A DNA stretch of 64,000 bases from Balanoglossus misakiensis (Eukaryota; Animalia; Hemichordata): positions 11,506,536 through 11,570,535 of the forward strand of contig CM082583.2 of the NCBI GenBank assembly GCA_040954595.2, read 5' to 3'. This document shows, in pieces, positions 46,615-61,600 of the stretch (position 1 is its first letter; every line of letters starts with the position of its first letter). The translations under genes and the position numbers were made by a program. Below the pieces are notes generated by a model. The model was given only the letters and a program-made list of their open reading frames with translations, searched no databases and was not told the DNA's origin.

Positions 46615-49600
46615 CAAAATTTTGAAAATTCGCAAAGTCGAAAAATCGTCGATTTTTGAAGATTTTCCTGAGTTATAACCCATGGTTTTTTCAAAAAATG
46701 ACCAAATTTTGAAAATTCGCAACGTCGAAAAATCGTCGATTTCTGACGATTTTCCTGAGCTATAACCCATGGTTTTTTTCAAAAAATGACCAAAGTTTGA
46801 AAATTCGCAAAGTCGAAAAATCGTCGATTTCCGACGATTTTCCTGAGCTATAACCCATGGTTTTTTCAAAAAATGACCAAATTTTGAAAATTCGCAAAGT
46901 CGAAAAATCGTCGATTTCCGACGATTTTCCTGAGCTATAACCCATGGTTTTTTCAAAAAATGACCAAATTTTGAAAATTCGCAAAGTCGAAAAATCGTCG
47001 ATTTCTGACGATTTTCCTGAGCTATAACCCATGGTTTTTTCAAAAAATGACCAAATTTTCAAAATCCGCAAAGTCGAAAAATCGTCGATTTTTGACGATT
47101 TTCCTGAGCTATAACCCATGGTTTTTTCAAAAAATTACCAAATTTTCAAAATTCGCAAAGTCGAAAAATCGTCGATTTTTGACGATTTTCCTGAGCTATA
47201 ACCCATGGTTTTTTCAAAAAATTACCAAATTTTCAAAATTCGCAAAGTCGAAAAATCGTCGATTTCTGACGATTTTCCTGAGCTATAACCCATGGTTTTT
47301 TCAAAAAATTACCAATTTTTCAAAATTCGAAAAGTCGAAAAATCGTCGATTTCTGACGATTTTCCTGAGCTATAACCCATGGTTTTTTCAAAAAATGACC
47401 AATTTTTCAAAATTCGAAAAGTCGAAAAATCGTCGATTTCAGACGATTTTCCTGAGCAGTAACCCATGGTTTTTTCAAAAAATGACCAATTTTTCAAAAT
47501 TTGAAAAGTCGAAAAATCGTCGATTTTTCACGATTTTCCTGAGCTATAACCCATGGTTTTTTCAAAAAATGACCAATTTTTCAAAATTCGAAAAGTCGAA
47601 AAATCGTCGATTTTTCACGATTTTCCTGAGTTATAACCCATGGTTTTTTCAAAAAATGACCAATTTTTCAAAATTCGAAAAGTCGAAAAATCGTCGATTT
47701 TTCACGATTTTCCTGAGCTATAACCCATGGTTTTTTCAAAAAATGACCAATATTTCAAAATTCGAAAAGTCGAAAAATCGTCGATTTCAGACGATTTTCC
47801 TGAGCTATAACCCATGGTTTTTTCAAAAAATGACCAATTTTTCAAAATTCGAAAAGTCGAAAAATCGTCGATTTCAGACGATTTTCCTGAGCTATAACCC
47901 ATGGTTTTTCCAAAAAATGACCAAATTTTCAAAATTCGCAAAGTCGAAAAATCGTCGATTTCTGACGATTTTCCTGAGCTATAACCCATGGTTTTTTCAA
48001 AAAATGACCAATTTTTCAAAATTCGAAAAGTCGAAAAATCGTCGATTTTTCACGATTTTCCTGAGCAGTAACCCATGGTTTTTTCAAAAAATGACCAATT
48101 TTTCAAAATTTGAAAAGTCGAAAAATCGTCGATTTTTCACGATTTTCCTGAGCTATAACCCATGGTTTTTTCAAAAAATGACCAATTTTTCAAAATTCGA
48201 AAAGTCGAAAAATCGTCGATTTTTCACGATTTTCCTGAGTTATAACCCATGGTTTTTTCAAAAAATGACCAATTTTTCAAAATTCGAAAAGTCGAAAAAT
48301 CGTCGATTTTTCACGATTTTCCTGAGCTATAACCCATGGTTTTTTCAAAAAATGACCAATATTTCAAAATTCGAAAAGTCGAAAAATCGTCGATTTTTCA
48401 CGATTTTCCTGAGCTATAACCCATGGTTTTTTCAAAAAATGACCAATTTTTCAAAATTCGAAAAGTCGAAAAATCGTCGATTTCTGACGATTTTCCTGAG
48501 CTATAACCCATGGTTTTTTCAAAAAATGACCAATTTTTCAAAATTCGAAAAGTCGAAAAATCGTCGATTTTTCACGATTTTCCTGAGCTATAACCCATGG
48601 TTTTTTCAAAAAATGACCAATTTTTCAAAATTCGAAAAGTCGAAAAATCGTCGATTTTTCACGATTTTCCTGAGCTATAACCCATGGTTTTTTCAAAAAA
48701 TGACCAATTTTTCAAAATTCGAAAAGTCGAAAAATCGTCGATTTTTCACGATTTTCCTGAGCTATAACCCATGGTTTTTTCAAAAAATGACCAATTTTTC
48801 AAAATTCGAAAAGTCGAAAAATCGTCGATTTCTGACGATTTTCCTGAGCTATAACCCATGGTTTTTTCAAAAAATGACCAATTTTTCAAAATTCGAAAAG
48901 TCGAAAAATCGTCGATTTTTCACGATTTTCCTGAGCTATAACCCATGGTTTTTTCAAAAAATGACCAATTTTTCAAAATTCGAAAAGTCGAAAAATCGTC
49001 GATTTTTGACGATTTTCCTGAGCTATAACCCATGGTTTTTTCAAAAAATGACCAATTTTTCAAAATTCGAAAAGTCGAAAAATCGTCGAATTTTGACGAT
49101 TTTCCTGAGCTATAACCCATGGTTTTTTCAAAAAATGACCAATTTTTCAAAATTCGAAAAGTCGAAAAATCGTCGATTTTTGACGATTTTCCTGAGCTAT
49201 AACCCATGGTTTTTTCAAAAAATGACCAATTTTTCAAAATTCGAAAAGTCGAAAAATCGTCGATTTTTGACGATTTTCCTGAGCTATAACCCATGGTTTT
49301 TTCAAAAAATGACCAATTTTTCAAAATTCGAAAAGTCGAAAAATCGTCGATTTTTGACGATTTTCCTGAGCTATAACCCATGGTTTTTTCAAAAAATGAC
49401 CAATTTTTCAAAATTCGAAAAGTCGAAAAATCGTCGATTTTTGACGATTTTCCTGAGCTATAACCCATGGTTTTTTCAAAAAATGACCAATTTTTCAAAA
49501 TTCGAAAAGTCGAAAAATCGTCGAATTTTGACGATTTTCCTGAGCTATAACCCATGGTTTTTTCAAAAAATGACCAATTTTTCAAAATTCGAAAAGTCGA

Positions 49601-52600
49601 AAAATCGTCGATTTTTCACGATTTTCCTGAGCTATAACCCATGGTTTTTTCAAAAAATGACCAATTTTTCAAAATTCGAAAAGTCGAAAAATCGTCGATT
49701 TTTGACGATTTTCCTGAGCTATAACCCATGGTTTTTTCAAAAAATGACCAATTTTTCAAAATTCGAAAAGTCGAAAAATCGTCGAATTTTGACGATTTTC
49801 CTGAGCTATAACCCATGGTTTTTTCAAAAAATGACCAATTTTTCAAAATTCGAAAAGTCGAAAAATCGTCGATTTTTGACGATTTTCCTGAGCTATAACC
49901 CATGGTTTTTTCAAAAAATGACCAATTTTTCAAAATTCGAAAAGTCGAAAAATCGTCGATTTTTGACGATTTTCCTGAGCTATAACCCATGGTTTTTTCA
50001 AAAAATGACCAATTTTTCAAAATTCGAAAAGTCGAAAAATCGTCGATTTTTGACGATTTTCCTGAGCTATAACCCATGGTTTTTTCAAAAAATGACCAAT
50101 TTTTCAAAATTCGAAAAGTCGAAAAATCGTCGATTTTTGACGATTTTCCTGAGCTATAACCCATGGTTTTTTGAAAAAATGACCAATTTTTCAAAATTCG
50201 AAAAGTCGAAAAATCGTCGATTTTTGACGATTTTCCTGAGCTATAACCCATGGTTTTTTCAAAAAATGACCAATTTTTCAAAATTCGAAAAGTCGAAAAA
50301 TCGTCGAATTTTGACGATTTTCCTGAGCTATAACCCATGGTTTTTTCAAAAAATGACCAATTTTTCAAAATTCGAAAAGTCGAAAAATCGTCGATTTTTG
50401 ACGATTTTCCTGAGCTATAACCCATGGTTTTTTCAAAAAATGACCAATTTTTCAAAATTCGAAAAGTCGAAAAATCGTCGAATTTTGACGATTTTCCTGA
50501 GCTATAACCCATGGTTTTTTCAAAAAATGACCAATTTTTCAAAATTCGAAAAGTCGAAAAATCGTCGATTTTTGACGATTTTCCTGAGCTATAACCCATG
50601 GTTTTTTCAAAAAATGACCAATTTTTCAAAATTCGAAAAGTCGAAAAATCGTCGATTTCTGACGATTTTCCTGAGCTATAACCCATGGTTTTTTCAAAAA
50701 ATGACCAATTTTTCAAAATTCGAAAAGTCGAAAAATCGTCGATTTCTGACGATTTTCCTGATCTATAACCCATGTTTTTTTCAAAAAATGACCAATTTTT
50801 CAAAATTCGAAAAGTCGAAAAATCGTCGATTTTTCACGATTTTCCTGAGCTATAACCCATGGTTTTTTCAAAAAATGACCAATTTTTCAAAATTCGAAAA
50901 GTCGAAAAATCGTCGATTTTTCACGATTTTCCTGAGCTATAACCCATGGTTTTTTCAAAAAATGACCAATTTTTCAAAATTCGAAAAGTCGAAAAATCGT
51001 CGATTTTTCACGATTTTCCAGAGCTATAACCCATGGTTTTTTCAAAAAATGACCAATTTTTCAAAATTCGAAAAGTCGAAAAATCGTCGATTTTTCACGA
51101 TTTTCCTGAGCTATAACCCATGGTTTTTTCAAAAAATGACCAATTTTTCAAAATTCGAAAAGTCGAAAAATCGTCGATTTCTGACGATTTTCCTGAGCTA
51201 TAACCCATGGTTTTTTCAAAAAATGACCAATTTTTCAAAATTCGAAAAGTCGAAAAATCGTCGATTTTTCACGATTTTCCTGAGCTATAACCCATGGTTT
51301 TTTCAAAAAATGACCAATTTTTCAAAATTCGAAAAGTCGAAAAATCGTCGAATTTTGACGATTTTCCTGAGCTATAACCCATGGTTTTTTCAAAAAATGA
51401 CCAATTTTTCAAAATTCGAAAAGTCGAAAAATCGTCGATTTTTGACGATTTTCCTGAGCTATAACCCATGGTTTTTTCAAAAAATGACCAATTTTTCAAA
51501 ATTCGAAAAGTCGAAAAATCGTCGATTTTTGACGATTTTCCTGAGCTATAACCCATGGTTTTTTCAAAAAATGACCAATTTTTCAAAATTCGAAAAGTCG
51601 AAAAATCGTCGATTTTTGACGATATTCCTGAGCTATAACCCATGGTTTTTTCAAAAAATGACCAATTTTTCAAAATTCGAAAAGTCGAAAAATCGTCGAT
51701 TTTTGACGATTTTCCTGAGCTATAACCCATGGTTTTTTCAAAAAATGACCAATTTTTCAAAATTCGAAAAGTCGAAAAATCGTCGATTTTTGACGATTTT
51801 CCTGAGCTATAACCCATGGTTTTTTCAAAAAATGACCAATTTTTCAAAATTCGAAAAGTCGAAAAATCGTCGATTTTTGACGATTTTCCTGAGCTATAAC
51901 CCATGGTTTTTTCAAAAAATGACAAATTTTTCAAAATTCGAAAAGTCGAAAAATCGTCGATTTTTCACGATTTTCCTGAGCTATAACCCATGGTTTTTTC
52001 AAAAAATGACCAAATTTTCAAAATTCGAAAAGTCGAAAAATCGTCGATTTTTCACGATTTTCCTGAGCTATAACCCATGGTTTTTCAAAAAATGACCAAT
52101 TTTTCAAAATTCGAAAAGTCGAAAAATCGTCGATTTTTGACGATTTTCCTGAGCTATAACCCATGGTTTTTTCAAAAAATGACCAATTTTTCAAAATTCG
52201 AAAAGTCGAAAAATCGTCGATTTTTGACGATTTTCCTGAGCTATAACCCATGGTTTTTTCAAAAAATGACCAATTTTTCAAAATTCGAAAAGTCGAAAAA
52301 TCGTCGATTTTTGACGATTTTCCTGAGCTATAACCCATGGTTTTTTCAAAAAATGACCAATTTTTCAAAATTCGAAAAGTCGAAAAATCGTCGATTTTTG
52401 ATGATTTTCCTGAGCTATAACCCATGGTTTTTTCAAAAAATGACCAATTTTTCAAAATTCGAAAAGTCGAAAAATCGTCGATTTTTCACGACTTTCCTGA
52501 GCTATAACCCATGGTTTTTTCAAAAAATGACCAATTTTTCAAAATTCGAAAAGTCGAAAAATCGTCGATTTTTCACGACTTTCCTGAGCTATAACCCATG

Positions 52601-55600
52601 GTTTTTTCAAAAAATGACCAATTTTTCAAAATTCGAAAAGTCGAAAAATCGTCGATTTTTGACGATTTTCCTGAGCTATAACCCATGGTTTTTTCAAAAA
52701 ATGACAAATTTTTCAAAATCCGAAAAGTCGAAAAATCGTCGATTTTTCACGATTTTCCTGAGCTATAACCCATGGTTTTTTCAAAAAATGACCAATTTTT
52801 CAAAATTCGAAAAGTCGAAAAATCGTCGATTTCTGACGATTTTCCTGAGCTATAACCCATGGTTTTTTCAAAAAATGACCAATTTTTCAAAATTCGAAAA
52901 GTCGAAAAATCGTCGATTTCTGACGATTTTCCTGAGCTATAACCCATGGTTTTTTCAAAAAATGACCAATTTTTCAAAATTCGAAAAGTCGAAAAATCGT
53001 CGATTTTTGACGATTTTCCTGAGCTATAACCCATGGTTTTTTCAAAAAATGACCAATTTTTCAAAATTCGAAAAGTCGAAAAATCGTCGATTTTTGACGA
53101 TTTTCCTGAGCTATAACCCATGGTTTTTTCAAAAAATGACCAATTTTTCAAAATTCGAAAAGTCGAAAAATCGTCGATTTTTGACGATTTTCCTGAGCTA
53201 TAACCCATGGTTTTTTCAAAAAATGACCAATTTTTCAAAATTCGAAAAGTCGAAAAATCGCCGATTTTTGACGATTTTCCTGAGCTATAACCCATGGTTT
53301 TTTCAAAAAATGACCAATTTTTCAAAATTCGAAAAGTCGAAAAATCGTCGATTTTTGACGATTTTCCTGAGCTATAACCCATGGTTTTTTCAAAAAATGA
53401 CCAATTTTTCAAAATTCGAAAAGTCGAAAAATCGTCGATTTTTGACGATTTTCCTGAGCTATAACCCATGGTTTTTTCAAAAAATGACCAATTTTTCAAA
53501 ATTCGAAAAGTCGAAAAATCGTCGATTTTTGATGATTTTCCTGAGCTATAACCCATGGTTTTTTCAAAAAATGACCAATTTTTCAAAATTCGAAAAGTCG
53601 AAAAATCGTCGATTTTTGACGATTTTCCTGAGCTATAACCCATGGTTTTTTCAAAAAATGACCAATTTTTCAAAATTCGAAAAGTCGAAAAATCGTCGAT
53701 TTTTGATGATTTTCCTGAGCTATAACCCATGGTTTTTTCAAAAAATGACCAATTTTTCAAAATTCGAAAAGTCGAAAAATCGTCGATTTTTCACAATTTT
53801 CCTGAGCTATAACCCATGGTTTTTTCAAAAAATGACCAATTTTTCAAAATTCGAAAAGTCGAAAAATCGTCGATTTTTGACGATTTTCCTGAGCTATAAC
53901 CCATGGTTTTTTCAAAAAATGACCAATTTTTCAAAATTCGAAAAGTCGAAAAATCGTCGATTTTTGACGATTTTCCTGAGCTATAACCCATGGTTTTTTC
54001 AAAAAATGACAAATTTTTCAAAATCCGAAAAGTCGAAAAATCGTCGATTTCTGACGATTTTCCTGAGCTATAACCCATGGTTTTTTCAAAAAATGACCAA
54101 TTTTTCAAAATTCGAAAAGTCGAAAAATCGTCGATTTCTGACGATTTTCCTGAGCTATAACCCATGGTTTTTTCAAAAAATGACCAATTTTTCAAAATTC
54201 GAAAAGTCGAAAAATCGTCGATTTCTGACGATTTTCCTGAGCTATAACCCATGGTTTTTTCAAAAAATGACCAATTTTTCAAAATTCGAAAAGTCGAAAA
54301 ATCGTCGATTTTTGACGATTTTCCTGAGCTATAACCCATGGTTTTTTCAAAAAATGACCAATTTTTCAAAATTCGAAAAGTCGAAAAATCGTCGATTTTT
54401 GACGATTTTCCTGAGCTATAACCCATGGTTTTTTCAAAAAATGACCAATTTTTCAAAATTCGAAAAGTCGAAAAATCGTCGATTTTTGACGATTTTCCTG
54501 AGCTATAACCCATGGTTTTTTCAAAAAATGACCAATTTTTCAAAATTCGAAAAGTCGAAAAATCGTCGATTTTTGACGATTTTCCTGAGCTATAACCCAT
54601 GGTTTTTTCAAAAAATGACCAATTTTTCAAAATTCGAAAAGTCGAAAAATCGTCGATTTCTGACGATTTTCCTGAGCTATAACCCATGGTTTTTTCAAAA
54701 AATGACCAATTTTTCAAAATTCGAAAAGTCGAAAAATCGTCGATTTTTGACGATTTTCCTGAGCTATAACCCATGGTTTTTTCAAAAAATGACCAATTTT
54801 TCAAAATTCGAAAAGTCGAAAAATCGTCGATTTTTGACGATTTTCCTGAGCTATAACCCATGGTTTTTTCAAAAAATGACCAATTTTTCAAAATTCGAAA
54901 AGTCGAAAAATCGTCGATTTTTGACGATTTTCCTGAGCTATAACCCATGGTTTTTTCAAAAAATGACCAATTTTTCAAAATTCGAAAAGTCGAAAAATCG
55001 TCGATTTTTGACGATTTTCCTGAGCTATAACCCATGTTTTTTTCAAAAAATGACCAATTTTTCAAAATTCGAAAAGTCGAAAAATCGTCGATTTTTGATG
55101 ATTTTCCTGAGCTATAACCCATGGTTTTTTCAAAAAATGACCAATTTTTCAAAATTCGAAAAGTCGAAAAATCGTCGATTTTTGATGATTTTCCTGAGCT
55201 ATAACCCATGGTTTTTTCAAAAAATGACCAATTTTTCAAAATCCGAAAAGTCGAAAAATCGTCGATTTCTGACGATTTTCCTGAGCTATAACCCATGGTT
55301 TTTTCAAAAAATGACCAATTTTTCAAAATTCGAAAAGTCGAAAAATCGTCGATTTTTCACAATTTTCCTGAGCTATAACCCATGGTTTTTTCAAAAAATG
55401 ACCAATTTTTCAAAATTCGAAAAGTCGAAAAATCGTCGATTTTTGACGATTTTCCTGAGCTATAACCCATGGTTTTTTCAAAAAATGACCAATTTTTCAA
55501 AATTCGAAAAGTCGAAAAATCGTCGATTTTTGACGATTTTCCTGAGCTATAACCCATGGTTTTTTCAAAAAATGACAAATTTTTCAAAATCCGAAAAGTC

Positions 55601-58600
55601 GAAAAATCGTCGATTTCTGACGATTTTCCTGAGCTATAACCCATGGTTTTTTCAAAAAATGACCAATTTTTCAAAATTCGAAAAGTCGAAAAATCGTCGA
55701 TTTCTGACGATTTTCCTGAGCTATAACCCATGGTTTTTTCAAAAAATGACCAATTTTTCAAAATTCGAAAAGTCGAAAAATCGTCGATTTTTGACGATTT
55801 TCCTGAGCTATAACCCATGGTTTTTTCAAAAAATGACCAATTTTTCAAAATTCGAAAAGTCGAAAAATCGTCGATTTTTGACGATTTTCCTGAGCTATAA
55901 CCCATGGTTTTTTCAAAAAATGACCAATTTTTCAAAATTCGAAAAGTCGAAAAATCGTCGATTTTTGACGATTTTCCTGAGCTATAACCCATGGTTTTTT
56001 CAAAAAATGACCAATTTTTCAAAATTCGAAAAGTCGAAAAATCGTCGATTTTTGACGATTTTCCTGAGCTATAACCCATGGTTTTTTCAAAAAATGACCA
56101 ATTTTTCAAAATTCGAAAAGTCGAAAAATCGTCGATTTTTGACGATTTTCCTGAGCTATAACCCATGGTTTTTTCAAAAAATGACCAATTTTTCAAAATT
56201 CGAAAAGTCGAAAAATCGTCGATTTTTGACGATTTTCCTGAGCTATAACCTATGGTTTTTTCAAAAAATGACCAATTTTTCAAAATTCGAAAAGTCGAAA
56301 AATCGTCGATTTTTGACGATTTTCCTGAGCTATAACCTATGGTTTTTTCAAAAAATGACCAATTTTTCAAAATTCGAAAAGTCGAAAAATCGTCGATTTT
56401 TGACGATTTTCCTGAGCTATAACCCATGGTTTTTATTCAAAAAATGACCAATTTTTCAAAATTCGAAAAGTCGAAAAATCGTCGATTTTTCACGATTTTC
56501 CTGAGCTATAACCCATGGTTTTTTCAAAAAATGACCAATTTTTCAAAATTCGAAAAGTAGAAAAATCGTCGATTTCTGACGATTTTCCTGAGCTATAACC
56601 CATGGTTTTTCAAAAAATGACCAATTTTTCAAAATCCGAAAAGTCGAAAAATCGTCGATTTCTGACGATTTTCCTGAGCTATAACCCATGGTTTTTTCAA
56701 AAAATGACCAATTTTTCAAAATTCGAAAAGTCGAAAAATCGTCGATTTTTGACGATTTTCCTGAGCTATAACCCATGGTTTTTTCAAAAAATGACCAATT
56801 TTTCAAAATTCGAAAAGTCGAAAAATCGTCGATTTTTGACGATTTTCCTGAGCTATAACCCATGGTTTTTTCAAAAAATGACCAATTTTTCAAAATTCGA
56901 AAAGTCGAAAAATCGTCGATTTTTCACGATTTTCCTGAGCTATAACCCATGGTTTTTTCAAAAAATGACCAATTTTTCAAAATTCGAAAAGTCGAAAAAT
57001 CGTCGATTTTTCACGATTTTCCTGAGCTATAACCCATGGTTTTTTCAAAAAATGACCAATTTTTCAAAATTCGAAAAGTCGAAAAATCGTCGATTTCTGA
57101 CGATTTTCCTGAGCTATAACCCATGGTTTTTTCAAAAAATGACCAATTTTTCAAAATTCGAAAAGTCGAAAAATCGTCGATTTTTGACGATTTTCCTGAG
57201 CTATAACCCATGTTTTTTTCAAAAAATGACCAATTTTTCAAAATTCGAAAAGTCAAAAAATCGTCGAATTTTGACGATTTTCCTGAGCTATTACCCATGG
57301 TTTTTTCAAAAAATGACCAATTTTTCAAAATTCGAAAAGTCGAAAAATCGTCGATTTTTCACGATTTTCCTGAGCTCTAACCCATTGTTTTTTCAAAAAA
57401 TGACCAATTTTTCAAAATTCGAAAAGTCGAAAAATCGTCGATTTTTCACGATTTTCCTGAGCTATAACCCATGGTTTTTTCAAAAAATGACCAATTTTTC
57501 AAAATTCGAAAAGTCGAAAAATCGTCGATTTTTCACGATTTTCCTGAGCTATAACCCATGGTTTTTTCAAAAAATGACCAATTTTTCAAAATTCGAAAAG
57601 TCGAAAAATCGTCGATTTCTGACGATTTTCCTGAGCTATAACCCATGGTTTTTTCAAAAAATGACCAATTTTTCAAAATTCGAAAAGTCGAAAAATCGTC
57701 GATTTTTGACGATTTTCCTGAGCTATAACCCATGGTTTTTTCAAAAAATGACCAATTTTTCAAAATTCGAAAAGTCGAAAAATCGTCGATTTTTGACGAT
57801 TTTCCTGAGCTATAACCCAGGGTTTTTTCAAAAAATGACCAATTTTTCAAAATTCGAAAAGTCGAAAAATCGTCGATTTTTGACGATTTTCCTGAGCTAT
57901 AACCCAGGGTTTTTTCAAAAAATGACCAATTTTTCAAAATTCGAAAAGTCGAAAAATCGTCGATTTTTGACGATTTTCCTGAGCTATAACCCATGGTTTT
58001 TTCAAAAAATGACCAATTTTTCAAAATTCGAAAAGTCGAAAAATCGTCGAATTTTCACGATTTTCCTGAGCTATAACCCATGGTTTTTTCCAAAAATGAC
58101 CAATTTTTCAAAATTCGCGAAGTCGAAAAATCGTCGATTTTTCACGATTTTCCTGAGCTATAACCCATGGTTTTTTCAAAAAATGACCAATTTTTCAAAA
58201 TTCGAAAAGTCGAAAAATCGTCGATTTTTCACGATTTTCCTGAGCTATAACCCATGGTTTTTTCAAAAAATGACCAATTTTTCAAAATTCGAAAAGTCGA
58301 AAAATCGTCGATTTTTGACGATTTTCCTGAGCTATAACCCATGGTTTTTTCAAAAAATGACCAATTTTTCAAAATTCGAAAAGTCGAAAAATCGTCGATT
58401 TTTGACGATTTTCCTGAGCTATAACCCATGGTTTTTTCAAAAAATGACCAATTTTTCAAAATTCGAAAAGTCGAAAAATCGTCGATTTTTGACGATTTTC
58501 CTGAGCTATAACCCATGGTTTTTTCAAAAAATGACCAATTTTTCAAAATTCGAAAAGTCGAAAAATCGTCGATTTTTGACGATTTTCCTGAGCTATAACC

Positions 58601-61600
58601 CATGGTTTTTTCAAAAAATGACCAATTTTTCAAAATTCGAAAAGTCGAAAAATCGTCGATTTTTGACGATTTTCCTGAGCTATAACCTATGGTTTTTTCA
58701 AAAAATGACCAATTTTTCAAAATTCGAAAAGTCGAAAAATCGTCGATTTTGACGATTTTCCTGAGCTATAACCTATGGTTTTTTCAAAAAATGACCAATT
58801 TTTCAAAATTCGAAAAGTCGAAAAATCGTCGATTTTTGACGATTTTCCTGAGCTATAACCCATGGTTTTTATTCAAAAAATGACCAATTTTTCAAAATTC
58901 GAAAAGTCGAAAAATCGTCGATTTTTCACGATTTTCCTGAGCTATAACCCATGGTTTTTTCAAAAAATGACCAATTTTTCAAAATTCGAAAAGTAGAAAA
59001 ATCGTCGATTTCTGACGATTTTCCTGAGCTATAACCCATGGTTTTTTCAAAAAATGACCAATTTTTCAAAATCCGAAAAGTCGAAAAATCGTCGATTTCT
59101 GACGATTTTCCTGAGCTATAACCCATGGTTTTTTCAAAAAATGACCAATTTTTCAAAATTCGAAAAGTCGAAAAATCGTCGATTTTTGACGATTTTCCTG
59201 AGCTATAACCCATGGTTTTTTCAAAAAATGACCAATTTTTCAAAATTCGAAAAGTCGAAAAATCGTCGATTTTTGACGATTTTCCTGAGCTATAACCCAT
59301 GGTTTTTTCAAAAAATGACCAATTTTTCAAAATTCGAAAAGTCGAAAAATCGTCGATTTTTCACGATTTTCCTGAGCTATAACCCATGGTTTTTTCAAAA
59401 AATGACCAATTTTTCAAAATTCGAAAAGTCGAAAAATCGTCGATTTTTCACGATTTTCCTGAGCTATAACCCATGGTTTTTTCAAAAAATGACCAATTTT
59501 TCAAAATTCGAAAAGTCGAAAAATCGTCGATTTCTGACGATTTTCCTGAGCTATAACCCATGGTTTTTTCAAAAAATGACCAATTTTTCAAAATTCGAAA
59601 AGTCGAAAAATCGTCGATTTTTGACGATTTTCCTGAGCTATAACCCATGTTTTTTTCAAAAAATGACCAATTTTTCAAAATTCGAAAAGTCAAAAAATCG
59701 TCGAATTTTGACGATTTTCCTGAGCTATAACCCATGGTTTTTTCAAAAAATGACCAATTTTTCAAAATTCGAAAAGTCGAAAAATCGTCGATTTTTCACG
59801 ATTTTCCTGAGCTCTAACCCATTGTTTTTTCAAAAAATGACCAATTTTTCAAAATTCGAAAAGTCGAAAAATCGTCGATTTTTCACGATTTTCCTGAGCT
59901 ATAACCCATGGTTTTTTCAAAAAATGACCAATTTTTCAAAATTCGAAAAGTCGAAAAATCGTCGATTTTTCACGATTTTCCTGAGCTATAACCCATGGTT
60001 TTTTCAAAAAATGACCAATTTTTCAAAATTCGAAAAGTCGAAAAATCGTCGATTTCTGACGATTTTCCTGAGCTATAACCCATGGTTTTTTCAAAAAATG
60101 ACCAATTTTTCAAAATTCGAAAAGTCGAAAAATCGTCGATTTTTGACGATTTTCCTGAGCTATAACCCATGGTTTTTTCAAAAAATGACCAATTTTTCAA
60201 AATTCGAAAAGTCGAAAAATCGTCGATTTTTGACGATTTTCCTGAGCTATAACCCAGGGTTTTTTCAAAAAATGACCAATTTTTCAAAATTCGAAAAGTC
60301 GAAAAATCGTCGATTTTTGACGATTTTCCTGAGCTATAACCCAGGGTTTTTTCAAAAAATGACCAATTTTTCAAAATTCGAAAAGTCGAAAAATCGTCGA
60401 TTTTTGACGATTTTCCTGAGCTATAACCCATGGTTTTTTCAAAAAATGACCAATTTTTCAAAATTCGAAAAGTCGAAAAATCGTCGAATTTTCACGATTT
60501 TCCTGAGCTATAACCCATGGTTTTTTCCAAAAATGACCAATTTTTCAAAATTCGCGAAGTCGAAAAATCGTCGATTTTTCACGATTTTCCTGAGCTATAA
60601 CCCATGGTTTTTTCAAAAAATGACCAATTTTTCAAAATTCGAAAAGTCGAAAAATCGTCGATTTTTCACGATTTTCCTGAGCTATAACCCATGGTTTTTT
60701 CAAAAAATGACCAATTTTTCAAAATTCGAAAAGTCGAAAAATCGTCGATTTCTGACGATTTTCCTGAGCTATAACCCATGGTTTTTTCAAAAAATGACCA
60801 ATTTTTCAAAATTCGAAAAGTCGAAAAATCGTCGATTTTGACGATTTTCCTGAGCTATAACCCATGGTTTTTTCAAAAAATGACCAATTTTTCAAAATTC
60901 GAAAAGTCGAAAAATCGTCGATTTTTGACGATTTTCCTGAGCTATAACCCATGGTTTTTTCAAAAAATGACCAATTTTTCAAAATTCGAAAAGTCGAAAA
61001 ATCGTCGATTTTTGACGATTTTCCTGAGCTATAACCCATGGTTTTTTCAAAAAATGACCAATTTTTCAAAATTCGAAAAGTCGAAAAATCGTCGAATTTT
61101 CACGATTTTCCTGAGCTATAACCCATGGTTTTTTCCAAAAATGACCAATTTTTCAAAATTCGCGAAGTCGAAAAATCGTCGATTTTTCACGATTTTCCTG
61201 AGCTATAACCCATGGTTTTTTCAAAAAATGACCAATTTTTCAAAATTCGAAAAGTCGAAAAATCGTCGATTTTTCACGATTTTCCCTGAGCTATAACCCA
61301 TGGTTTTTTCAAAAAATGACCAATTTTTCAAAATTCGAAAAGTCGAAAAATCGTCGATTTTTGACGATTTTCCTGAGCTATAACCCATGGTTTTTTCAAA
61401 AAATGACCAATTTTTCAAAATTCGAAAAGTCGAAAAATCGTCGATTTTTGACGATTTTCCTGAGCTATAACCCATGGTTTTTTCAAAAAATGACCAATTT
61501 TTCAAAATTCGAAAAGTCGAAAAATCGTCGATTTTTGACGATTTTCCTGAGCTATAACCCATGGTTTTTTCAAAAAATGACCAATTTTTCAAAATTCGAA

